Assembly: GCA_002269645.1 (NCBI GenBank)
Contig: NIVC01000831.1
Coordinates: 62,001-126,000 of the forward strand
DNA: 64,000 nt
Source: Macrostomum lignano
Taxonomy: Eukaryota
Direction of reading: 5' to 3'
Part shown: positions 38,051-50,329 of the stretch, piece by piece
Numbering within the stretch: the first letter of the stretch is position 1
Layout: every line of letters begins with the position of its first letter
Translations under genes and position numbers: made by a program
Notes under the pieces: generated by a model
The model's input: the letters and a program-made list of their open reading frames with translations, nothing else
Database searches by the model: none
Told to the model about the DNA's origin: nothing

Positions 38051-39847
38051 TATTCAATAATCATGCATGACAATGATACATATATAGACTTACTATTGCT
38101 ATCTAAGGAAAGAAAAGTCATGTTTCATACAAAAAATGACTAGGTATTTCACCTGTATTCATTATAATACTTGTATAAATGTAAACTTAATAAAAACATA
38201 TTTTTATTTTTTATTTGATCTATTTTAAATATTCTTTCAAATATTCTTTATCTTTCTTCAATTATTCAAACAAAAGTTGGTTGTCTTCTGTGACAAATTC
38301 TACTTTCCTGGCTATTGCCTTTATAAGTATATATACAATAAATTTGATTTACCTTCTTATGTCTTGTTTTTGATACTAAAAAAGAAAAATACATTTTTGC
38401 AACAAAACATATTTGTGATATAATGCTTATGCCTATGGTTATAATTTTTTAAAGCTTTGTTTTTGTGCATTTTTTGAAACATTATGTTTGCATATATTTT
38501 TCTACTTTTGTTTGTAAGCCTATTTTTTATTATTGTCAATGGTGAGGGAAAATTGAAAATTGTCTAATGCCAGATAAAAAGGGGAATTCTCTAATAAATA
38601 AATTCATGTTGCAGAGACACATAAGTATAGTGCATCTATAATTTATGACAGATTCATACACTCATAGACTATAACTTAGTAAAATAAGCCAGAAACCTTT
38701 TGATCATTTATTCATAATACCACTTCAAGGCATTTAAGACAAAGCTATACCAATGGTAAATTCTAGTGTATAGAAGGATCAAAGTATATTATTGACATGC
38801 AACTTGGCATACAGAGGGGCCTAGAATGCCTTCATGGTATATAGCTTGGCATATAGAGATTGCCAAGCTTGGCACTTTTTTCAACCTCCAATAGTTCTTA
38901 GCTTGCCACTTTACCACATGCCCAGAAAATGCCAGGGAAATTGCCAGCAACTACTGTTCAGTGCCATGCCCTGGGCCAAGCTTAGTCAATGACTGGGCCC
39001 CTATGGCTGCAGCGATAGTGTCTATACCCACCCCTGTGACTGCGACTAAGGCTATAGCAGCCGCGCAGCGTGTAATGGTGGGCCAGACTTTGGCCTTATC
39101 TTAGCCTCCCCAGGCTGGGATAGGCCTAGCTCTATACAACTGCTAATAATCATCTGACCTAGCAGTCCCCCTCCGAGAAGTTGCCATCTAGACCTCAGAT
39201 GGACAAGCCATTAATATACACAGTCAAAATAAACTTTAGCAGGCTTTCCCAATGGCGCCACCCAACACATTGGAGACTATAGGCTAGGTCAATGCCATTG
39301 CCTAGGCTGACCTTTTAGAAACTACAACCCTGCTGGCTGCTCTTGAACTGGATTTGGCAACCAAAGTGGAGGCAGCTGCCATCTACCTGGCTGCTTCTTT
39401 TGCCATTGTTGCCAACAACGGAGCCTAGCCAACTTTACAATAACCTAACTAGACTTAGATGTGTATGCTCCTAGATCAAAGCCAACAAGATGCCTTTGAT
39501 TGTACAATTGATTGACCTTGCCAATGCAGCCCTTCAAAGCCTGGCTTATCTGGTAGTGCTGCAGAGTGTTGCCCACTGCATAACCAGGCATATGGCTAGA
39601 TGCACCCCAGTCATCCTTGGCAAGATTGCTATCTATGCTTTATCCCTTTCCTCCTTTGTATTATTGTTGGCAGCCTCTGAGCCTATTAGCTTGGGCTACT
39701 CTTGGTTTGTTCATTGTCTGTCTATCCTCTTTTCCAGCTTTATGAGCCAGTCACAAGGTCAGCCTAGCATTATTTTGTGAAAAGTACAGCACACCTAGCC
39801 TGTACTTTTGGTCTGCTTGTACAGTGGCAAATTTGTGAGAGTGAGAC

Positions 39848-40760
39848 CCTGGCCATTATTATCACTTTGGCATTGCTATTGGAATTGAATTTCTGATTAA
39901 GAGTGAACTGATTCATCCTACTGATAGAATTTCTTTGATTATAAATGTTGATGGCATGCCTTTTCAAAACTTCAGAAAAACTTTTTGGGTCACTCTGGGT
40001 GCTATTAAGAACATTAAAAACTGTTTTTTTTATTGGTATATACTTTGGAAAAAAACTAGCCAACAGCTTCAATAGAATTTTTGCAGGACTTTATAAGCAA
40101 GTTTTAAATGTTAACTGAGTTATCTAGCATTCCCTACAAGGAAAAATGGTGCTAGTGGAGCTAAAATAAATTGTATAGAATCTTCCTGCAAGAAATTTGT
40201 GAATAATGCTATTGACCACACAGGTTACTTCTTGTGGGACTACTGCACAACAAAAAGGACATATTGCAGGGAAGCTGGAACAGTAGTTTTTCTAGAAACA
40301 GATGCTCCTTATAGAACTGACCACTCTTTTTAGGTTAAGTTGCAATGTTGGCACCAAGGTATACAGCCAATATAGAACATCTACCCTAAACCACCTGGCT
40401 TTGATGGTTATTTTCAGTTTAGGCGAGTTCAAGTCAAGGCTAACATTATGCTAAGTTTGCATTGATAGGATGCTTATTTTGTTATGCAAAAACACAAGTG
40501 TAGTTGCTTTCAAGCTAGTAGCAATTCTTCAAAGGTCTCAAGACTATGATGTTATACTTGTGTTCTAATGATTTTTACAAAAGGAACCATTTTATAGCAA
40601 GCCTTTGAACTTTTCAAGAATAGGAATTTTTGCCTTAGGCATTTAGAAGACTTTTTGAAAACATGATCACTAGAAGATGTGTATGCAAAGCTAATGGTTG
40701 TTGAACTCAAATCTGAACAATATAGGAAAAAGGCCTAGTATGTAGTGAAACTTCTGCGTA
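39848..40760 (+). mobile_element. EnSpm/CACTA (CMC) transposase remnant, internally deleted
   Basis: PGHYYHFGI...ISLIINVDGMPF...FWVTLGAI / VFFIGIYFG / EFLQDF / HTGYFLWDYCTTK...VVFLETDAPYRTDHSF* then C-terminal-like segments; frameshifts and stops; motifs typical of animal EnSpm transposases. Confidence 0.85.
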
Positions 40761-42558
40761 TCTTGCTCTGAGGCCAAGTAAGAACATCAAGGTCAAGGAA
40801 CTTAGAAATTTAGAAATCTAAATAAAAATTATTTGTAATATTTTTACATTTCATATTTTAAATTTGTTTTTAAAAAAGCTTAATTAAAAAAATTGAAATG
40901 CAAATTAAATTGTTTTAAAAGTAAAATAAAAATTGCAATTTAAAAAATCTTAATAATATTAAAATATTAATTAACAATTTTGATAATAATCCTTCCATTA
41001 TCTCAATATGATCAGGTATGCATTCTGTGCTTACAGCAGGGTGAGCATGATCCTAGTTGGTTGAAATTTAAGATAAGTGTGCTCAACTAAAGGTGACGCT
41101 TAAGTTATTTAACCTTGCAAAAGACAAGTGCCTAAAAGGTTTCTCAAGCTCTTTAAGTCTGAGCCCAAGTGCACCAAAAATGGAAAACCATTTGCTCTTG
41201 GCAATACTCTAGAAGTCATTCATGCAATGCATGTCTAGCCCAATATCAAAGACAAGAAGCTGCTATTTCAAGAAAAGAGCCCTGTGAGGTTTCAAGATGT
41301 GACTTAACAAATATGTCAGATGGTAATGAGACAAGCAGTAGCAGGAGTGACAATGTTGTTATTAGCAAAAGTGATAAAGAAGAAACAAAGGATAATGACA
41401 CAAGGAAGTATATAGAGATAGAAAATAGGAAGCATAGAGATGGAAGAGGCATAAGGACAAAGAGATGGAGGAGAAGAAGTGCAAGGAGATAGAGGATAGG
41501 AAGTGCCAGGATGATGAAGCAATAGAGCATATGGAGGATAAAGATTTCAATTTGTCTAATTTTTATATGATGAGACAAACACTTTGTAGTAGGGGGGTTT
41601 AGTTCAAGCAGTTTTGCTAAGGGCGTTTGCCAAGGTTTCCAATTCGTCGAGTCAATTATTTTAGTAGCATGAATTCTAGAATAAGCAGTTTTGCTTTTAC
41701 GCTACTGATAGTAGTTCACCCTTGGGGAAATATCTGAAGTTGTGGGAATTCGAGTCTTAGCGGGTTCCTCCATTAGTAAAAGGCTGTTTAGCCTTGGGAA
41801 AAGCATTCCGTTCAAGACAATCAGTCTAAAGCATCCTGTTCAGGACCGTCCATTGGACAACATTTGTAAGAGATCTAAGTCTCAAATAAGCCAGACTAAG
41901 GGAGTCTCCCCTTTTTAAAATAAAAGAATATATATAAGAAAGTATAAAAGGTAAGATCGGGGTAAAATAGGGAGACTAAGAGGAGTCTACCGCTTAGTCA
42001 AAAATGGAGTCTACCGAGAATAGGAATTAGTATAGTCAGTTAGATAGAAGTAAGGGAAAGGAACCAGGAGTCTACCGGTTATAATAACGTAGTAATAATA
42101 GTGCTTAAATCTTTGCATATTTGGTTCAATAATATCATTTTCTTTTGTTTGTTTATTCCAATAATCTTCCATGAAATCAACTCTTGTCTCACTTATTTTA
42201 ATTTAAAACTATTATTATAAGGGACATTAGTCTGGTGGCAGCAACCTACCAAATTAGAGTACAGGATAACAGAAGTAATAATAGAAAACAGAATAAACCA
42301 GTAGCTTAACCACGAGGAACGCCCACTCCAACTTGAAAATTGAAAAATAAAAAACTAGAAAATGACAGCATTGCTACTGCCAGAAGGAATGAGGAAGAAG
42401 CAAGTGATGACAGGATGAAACACATGGAGATAGAAGATAGGAGACACAAAGAGATGGTGGAGAAGAAGCATAAGGAGATAAAAGATAAGAAGCGCAAGGA
42501 GATAGAGAAGTAAAAAAGCGCAAGGGTTAAAGAAGAAGCATAAAAAGATAGAGGAAAA

Positions 42559-43106
42559 GGGTTCTCCCTAAAACATGCCCCGCACTGCCCCGAACCGCTA
42601 CACATTATAACATTTTTTGTCAATGCAGTATTTAATTGCAGAGAAAAGAATTTGTTATAAGAGTAATTGAATAAATAACTTCTATTATTATTATTAATAA
42701 TATTATTATTTTTATTATTATTAAGTAATATTATTCATATTTTATTAATATTATTATTCATACATGCGCAACCTAGGGATTCACCCGGCCATTTCTATTG
42801 GCAACACACACATGTAAGTCGCTATTGGCTGAGAGCAGTCACGTGACTACTATACCATCCAATAGCGACTTACATGTGTGTGTTGCCAATAGAAACGGCC
42901 GGGTGAATCCCTAGGTTGCGCCCAAGCATGTTATTATTAATACCACCTATTATTCACCAAATTTTAAATTTAAAAGTGAGAAAACTAAATTTAATAAAAA
43001 CTTGAAGCTTAACAGAAAAGACACTTTGAAAATGCCTTAGTTATAGTCCAAATTGTTATAATATGTAGCGGTTTAGGGTGGTGCAGGGCGTGTTTTAGGG
43101 AGACCC
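42559..43106. mobile_element. Non-autonomous DNA transposon (548 bp, 54-bp TIRs, 8-bp TSD)
   Basis: TSD GAGGAAAA at 42551-42558 and 43107-43114; TIRs start GGG(T)TCTCCCTAAAACA; an 8-bp TSD fits hAT, Merlin or P superfamilies. Confidence 0.8.
42766..42921. mobile_element. Palindromic MITE nested in the 42559-43106 element
   Basis: 63-bp arms (42766-42828 / 42859-42921) with 1 mismatch; 30-bp spacer containing GTCACGTGAC. Confidence 0.8.
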
Positions 43107-46100
43107 GAGGAAAAGGGCATGGAGATAGAGGAGAGGAAGATTTAGAGATAGAAGAGGAAGCACATATAGATAGAGAAGAAGTGCAAGGAGATAGAAAAGA
43201 AATATAAGGAGATAGAGAAGAAGTATAAGGAGATAAGTACATAAAGCAGTGATAGCAATAGCCTGATTAATTGTAGTAAGATATTTTGCTAGAACCCAAT
43301 ACATGATAATAGCTATAGCATGACCATGAGCACAAGTAGCGCAAGATGTTAGATGGAATTACTGCATTATGAAAAAAGGCTACATAATGCACTACTACTT
43401 TGAGCATCTACCTAATTAGGGTCACCATTGCATAATGCCTCCATGACATTGCAGGATACTTCAATATATTCTAGCAATTAGATGACATTGAAGCTAAGCA
43501 ATCAGCAATCTATGAGTTGCTCTCAAAGAAAAATTAGCCGGCGAAACACAACCTTTCTTTGAAAATAACATTTTGAAAATCAACAGCTATGTATAGCTGT
43601 AAAAATAAAACTGCAAAAATTATAGTTCAGGTAATTTTTATTTATTTATTTAAGTATTACTAAGTAATAATAAAGAGCTAAAAATAATAGCTTAACTATA
43701 TGCTGATATATCTTGATTTAATATCTGTCGCTGGATCGTTTGTCGCTAGATTGACTGTCGCCAGATTGTCTGTTGCCGGATCGTCTTGTCGCCGGATTGA
43801 CTGGATACTGGTACATGAGACTATACTCTTTGCTCCTTTCCTAATTTTTATCTATGAAATTGTTGATACCACATCACTGTTTCAGATGTCTTGCTAGAAA
43901 TAGAAAGCAAGGTAATCAAAAAGCAAGTCAACAAAAGTGTCCTAGCTAGAGACCTAGGCTATATAGAAGACATATTCAAACTTTTGGCAATACAAAAACA
44001 ATTCCACAAATTAAGACCAAAGCAACACTAAGGCTCTAGCTAAAGAATTAGAGCAAAGCAAAAACAGTGACCCAGCAGATACAAAGACCAATTTTAGTTT
44101 TATGAGCAAATGGATATGCTGATCTCCTTGTCACTCTCTATCATTTGTGTTGTGAATAAAACTGGTCATATAACTAACTAATATAAATGATGATTGGATA
44201 AAAATTTGAGTACTGTTGTTTGCAAAACCAAATTTTTTCTTTCATAAAGAGTTGTCATAGATTCGTAGCAGTTACTGACTAGGCCTAGCTAAAATGCTAC
44301 TATTTTACTAGTGGTGATTGCTCTAATAGACTAATATATATAGAAGCAATGCACAAATTTTTTGACTCTTTAATAGAGATAGGCCTAGTACAACAAAACT
44401 TGACTTGCTGTGGGTTTGTCTAACAAAAGAATGCCAAATTTATTAGACAGAGGTTAACCCTAGAACAGTGGTATCATTTAGGTGCAATTTTTGCCAGGCA
44501 CAAAAATAGGTCAAAAGGAGGCAAATGCGCAAATCCTAAGGCATTGGTGCAAAAAATATTAAGCACTTAGGTGCAAAAATTATATGCCCATTTCTTAACT
44601 TATAACCCATTTTGTTGATTGTTCTGTCTATAGGGTATGTGTCAAGGACTTGTAGCAGTCGAGCGCCACTGATGAAAACTTAATGAAACCATTACGCTAA
44701 GTTGCATGCACAAGAAACATTAATTTTGACTTTTCGTATCCATCCAGTGAATTTTGGCGCATCATTTTCCGTCAAGTGTCCGCCCAGCCACTGTTTTTAG
44801 TTTTCCACTTGTTGCTAAAACGCGCTCCCTTGCGATGGATTTTTTTAAAGTTTTCTTCTTTTCCTTTGCGGCAAGCCGTCCACCCAAAGTTTCCACGCAT
44901 TGAAACTTTGCTCCATCGGCCTGTCCAGTTTATCTTCCAAACGATGTGCATGTAATTCGCTCTCTATTTATAATCTGCGCACGATGAGTTGTTTTCTAAC
45001 TCTTTTGGCCTCCCCTCCTGTTTCCTTGATCAACCTTTTGGTTCACTAAGTCTAATTTTCGGTATTTTCTAAGTTTATTTAGCGCACCGGCGCGCGTGAA
45101 CATCTCCGTCGTCTGAAATATTAAAGTTACTAATCATAAGCCTGCATTATTATTATTAATAAACCAAGCCTATAAACCTCTATTCCGAATCATATTTAAT
45201 CTGTTGACATAAGCCATAGCATTTATTGAGTCATTTGCCCGTGGGGCGTAAAATAACCAAGTTCTCATCTCAAAGAAAGCTCTGAGACTTATCCGTTCCG
45301 TAATACGTAAATTACGGTGGTGGCAGCAACTACCCTACTGAAAGTAACCAGTTCAACACATCGGCGCATTAATTTACGGAGCCAGAAATCTCCGGTGTTT
45401 CATCGCTTTGAACGACCCAAGCCGCTAAACGACCGCTCTGCTACGATTACGACTACCCTCCCCCCGGACTTGAGAACCCGGCAGTCGGAGAAATGGGAGA
45501 AGAAATTCCGTTGTGATTCATCTGCGCGATTTTCCGGTTTTATTCGTGCGAACGCAACGCCACCGGTTTCGAAGAATTTCGGCCGACCTTCAACCCAAAG
45601 AGTTTAAATCTTCTCCACCCCTGGCACCTCAGACTTCTAGACTAGTGTATTTTTTTCCAGGAAATCGTCCTCCTAAAAATTTACACGATCTTTGAGTTTT
45701 ACGTCCTGCTAGTCTAGAAGACCTTGATATGAAGTCTAAACAATACTTTTGTTTTGTTTGGTCCAAAGAACTGTAGAAGTGCAGTGCTCGTCTTAACAGA
45801 GTCAGAGCCAATTCACTTCACCTTAATTCAATACGCCAATATATTTAGGAACAACAAACTGTACATCCTTAGGCGGGTCAAATTGACAGTCCGGTAGAAT
45901 TTCAAAAGAGCCTAAGTACAAAACGAAAGGAGAGAGAGAAAAAATAGGCCCGGCATTGCTCACAGAACTCAATTAGCTCACGCTCCACCCCATTGCCAGC
46001 TAGTTGCACATTCAAGTTGGGTTTGTGTATTCTGATGTACGAAGGCTGGGCTCTTCAATCTTCCAAATATACTATCTTTCTATATACTAAATCTTTAAAT

Positions 46101-46848
46101 TTAAAAGAAATTTACATTATTGAGATTCGAAACAAATCTTAGTAATTCTGCCTCATTTTGCTGACGAATTCTCTCAGCTTGTTTTAACTCTTGACGAATT
46201 CGACTTCCTCCAATTTCTCAATTTCTCACATTTTAGGTCTGTTGACGAATTAGATGTTGACGAATTCGGTGTAACCCTACTCAAGGAACTGACAAAGGCA
46301 GCGAAAGGCAAGGATGACTAGGCCTAGCTAGAAGAGCTATGCTAGTGACAGAAGAAGCAGAAAGAATTGAAGAAAATAGATGCAGAAGAAGCAGAAAGAA
46401 TTAAAGAAGATAGCAAAAGCTACCTTAAAGCAAAAGGCCATTAGACTGAACTATCTATTATTAGGGCCTAACAGTCTGCCTACAAGCATTGGCATTGCAC
46501 AAAAAAGGTTTTAAGTCTTATTCTTGACTAAGTTCAAATTTGTGAATAGGACTTTAAACATGCAATATAACTACATTTACTATAATCACCTTTAGTTTCA
46601 ATCTTTGTTTTTGGCACATTAAAAGACAAAGACATTGGGCGATTTCTTAGTTTCCCGCGTTTAATTATAACCCCCACCCCCCCCCCCCACCAACCTTGAA
46701 TAGAGGGCGAAATAATTCCATAAAATAATTAAACGCGGGAATCTTCAGGATCGCCAGACATTGATCATAAGACAAAAGTGAGTTCAGTTTTGTCTTGCAA
46801 TCACCTAGGCCTATATATAATTTTACTATTTAAATTATAATATGATAA

Positions 46849-47270
46849 GGTAACCAGTCATTTTGCCTATAAACCATTTTGGCCATGGACATTTTGCCCC
46901 CAGACAATTTTGCCCATAGACTGTTTCGCCCACAGACCATTTTGGCCATGGACCGTTTCGCCTCCAATTTGGACCAGGGTTGAAATGAACATGTGCGCAT
47001 CAATATGATTTATTATAAGCGAGGTTCAATAGTAGTAGCCACCCCACTCCAGGGCTAAAATACCAACAATCTATATACTAATATATACTAAATAAAATTA
47101 CAATTGCAAATTGAGCGTGAGCCGTGGACCATTAGCACATGTATTGCATTACTGGCTGACTGAGAAATAACACTAATACATGTACATTTTTGGCCAAAAT
47201 GCCTGTTGCCAAACTAGTTTATGGGCAAAATGGTCTAGGGGCAAAATGTACATGGGCGAAACAACCAGAA
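46849..47270. mobile_element. MITE with inverted subterminal repeats
   Basis: ATTTTGCCC/TTTCGCC units on the left, GGGCAAAAT/GGCGAAA on the right. Confidence 0.55.
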
Positions 47271-48587
47271 TTCTATGACAAAAGTGATTATAAGCTATGT
47301 GTTTCTACAAGATACAAGATTTAATACTACAATAAAAATATACTTAGAGGTGGTCTTATTTTGAAGTTTGACTTTAGGAGCAATTTGAACTTAACTTTTT
47401 TATCTTCTATGGAAGATCATATAATGAAATTCCTGACTCCCATAAGGACAGTGCTATGTGATTGTAAAATGAAAGAATGCCAAAATTTTAAAGCTATTAT
47501 TTAGCTGCAAACAAACTTGTAAGAATGTTATATTTTTTGTAATATACCACTTTAGCTAATGGCCTATTTATTTACTCATTTACATCATTTACTCTGAAAT
47601 GATTTTAAGTGCCATTTTATTATCCTCAATTCTGGTTCTGGAATCGATTTCTGTGAAGAGGCTCAAAGCTTCCAACTCTAAAGTAGTTTTGGTGTAAAAA
47701 TAAGACTGAAAAATTTAAACTATCAACCTTAGTTTAAACAAATCGAAAGTTCTTTAAAGACCAAGATTTATTAGGTCTACCAATAAGAATTTCTAGCTTA
47801 AGTAACAGTGCATTTATTAAGTGTATCAATACATTAATTTAATTCTTATGAAAGTGCGACTACATGTTTTTGCAATTGATAGAAAAAATAGAAACATTTT
47901 ATAAATTGCATTTGTGCAGTAGCGCTATATCATAGGATTTAGCAAAAAATGTTTAAATTGAGTCAAACCTTAATATCCAATCTATTATCACTTAGGATTT
48001 TGTCCATGACTCCATTGTGGTCTCGTTGCACTCCATTGCAGTCCTGTTCACCTATGTTGATAGAGAAACCTTCTTAAGGCCAATTGGTGCATGCACAAAG
48101 GAAGCCTAATTGGTAGTAAAGAACATGCATGAATATTTTTGTGCATTTTCTCAAAAGCCTAACAAGGCAATACTTTTTATACATTTTGATTTTGATTTTG
48201 ATTCACTTACAAGGCCCCATTTGTTCTTAACTCCTCTCTGTGACTCTCCTCTATTCTTTTTGATTTTATGTGGCCTAGGCCTTCTGTTTGGTTGGTATTG
48301 AGCCTAGGCCTATACTGAAACAAGTAAGAATTTTTTGTATTGTATTCTTCTTTCTTAGGCCCCCTCAATAGACTTCTAGATTAAAGCCTAGTTTCTACAC
48401 TAGGGCCTAAGCCTACTTAGGGCTAATTTTTTATGACTTGGACCTAGCACCTAGGGCAGGGGTCTAGGCGTAGCCTATCAATTAAGTAGGGGTAGGCCCT
48501 ATACTATGATATAGTTTAATTATAGTTTAGGTCTATATTAAATAGTTTAAGCCTAGCTTTTAGCTATATAGTAGAAATTTTATGGTG

Positions 48588-48828
48588 TATGACCAAGACT
48601 GCCACACATCAAGACTGCCACACGTAGGAGCTAGGAGAGGAATTTGGCTCAATATGTTATTTAATAGTGCTAAAGAGAAAATGAGTGGATAGGGAGAGCC
48701 AGCAAAACAAGCCTGAAAGAGAAGAACCTATGACTAGGCCTAATAAGAGGAATAGCAACGATAAAAGATTGGTAGCTCCTCCTTGCTTAAACTAGTAGCC
48801 AGTAATAGCTGTGGCAGTCTTAGTCATA
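48588..48828. mobile_element. Small decayed MITE
   Basis: TATGACCAAGACTGCCAC ... GTGGCAGTCTTAGTCATA inverted ends. Confidence 0.55.
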
Positions 48829-50329
48829 TGTCTAGAAACTTAGGCCTAAGCCTACTTATAAATTTGGTAAGCCTATCTAGGCTAGGCCTTAGCTAATAGT
48901 TTTTAGGCTATTGACCTATTGTATCTATATTACAATGTACAACATAATAGGATTAGGCCTAGCCCATCATTATTAGCTAGTTTGATAAAATGAGGTCAAA
49001 GACTACCAACCATAGACTATGATTGCCACATTTAATTAATTTGTCAAGCTAAGAAAATAAGAATTTTGCATTTTTTATTATTGGATTTAATTGTTCTTTA
49101 TCTAACTAAGTCTATATTAGGCCTAAATTGATTAGGCTTAAGCCTTACCTACATTAATAAATAGCAAGGGAGATTTAAAAGGTGCATATAATTTAGATGA
49201 CAAGCTATAATATAGGGGGCAGCCTTTAGTATAGCCTTTCCCTTAGTGGCATATAACTAAGATGACCATATCTCTAAATGTCTAAATAGATAGACCCTAA
49301 TAATGAGCCTAGGTTTATATATTTTATTCTTTCTATTGCTATTTATAGTAATTTGTATTATTAGGTATAATGTATATCTTCATATCTAAATACCCTATAT
49401 ACCATAATGGAATCATATTATATAAACATTCCCTTTGGCTTTGGCTTTTACTGTAGCCTAACTTATAGATATTTATCTACTAAATAAAATAAGTAACCCT
49501 GTACCAAATGAAACCTTGTTTTATATTTATCCCAATTTTTGCATTGCATCACTACTAATGGTTTATATTGATAAATTTATAGTAATATATTTGATAGATA
49601 TATAATCATATGCTTATAATGTAGGGAATAAACTAGCATTACAAAGTATAAAAGATTGAAGTTTTTATATTATGCAATTTATGGGTAATTAGTTTAACAT
49701 CTATTATTGTATCAATATTTATAATATTAGGAATGGTAAATGATTATTAAGCATAATAATTGATATAATAATAATTAAGTTGCTAATTAATAATAGAGAA
49801 AGAGAAGATATAATAAAGATTCAATGTTGTTTCCATCATGGTCTTACAACTCCTCAATAGCTAAGTAGTACTTAGTATCATATCCTTATTGCTAGTATAT
49901 TATATTATCTTTTTAGTATGTTATATTGTTTCTATTTAAATGGTTGAAATGTTTATGCCTAATTAAAGTTTATATCCAATTATTTTATGTCTAAATCTGC
50001 CTTTGCTGTTTGGTAGATAAGATAGATACAAATTAAGATAGGTTGATTCTTTCTAATTTAAGGCCTATCTATTACTATTTCTGAGGCCTATCTTTGTTCT
50101 GGATAAAAGCCTATATTGATATTAATATGCCTTTAAATAGGCTTATCATAGTAAAGTAGCAAAGATATACTAATTAAAAACATTTTAATATAAGCAGTTG
50201 TATTTCAAAATCTAATATTTCAAAATATTATCTATTTAAATAGTAAATGCCAAATGTTAATATTAAATACAAGGGACACTAAAAAGTTCTGAGGCTTGGT
50301 ATAAAAAAGAATTGGGAAAAATACAATCA

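Larger units (their letters stand above)
41300..43330. repeat. Degenerate purine-rich repeats (GGAGATAGA/GAAGAAGTGCAAGG) in three patches
   Basis: Related units at ~41300-41560, 42380-42550 and 43110-43260; probably a decayed R/E/K-rich coding repeat. Confidence 0.5.

Noticed and set aside
39770-40072. 100-aa minus-strand ORF
   Set aside because: Antisense shadow of the plus-strand EnSpm transposase remnant
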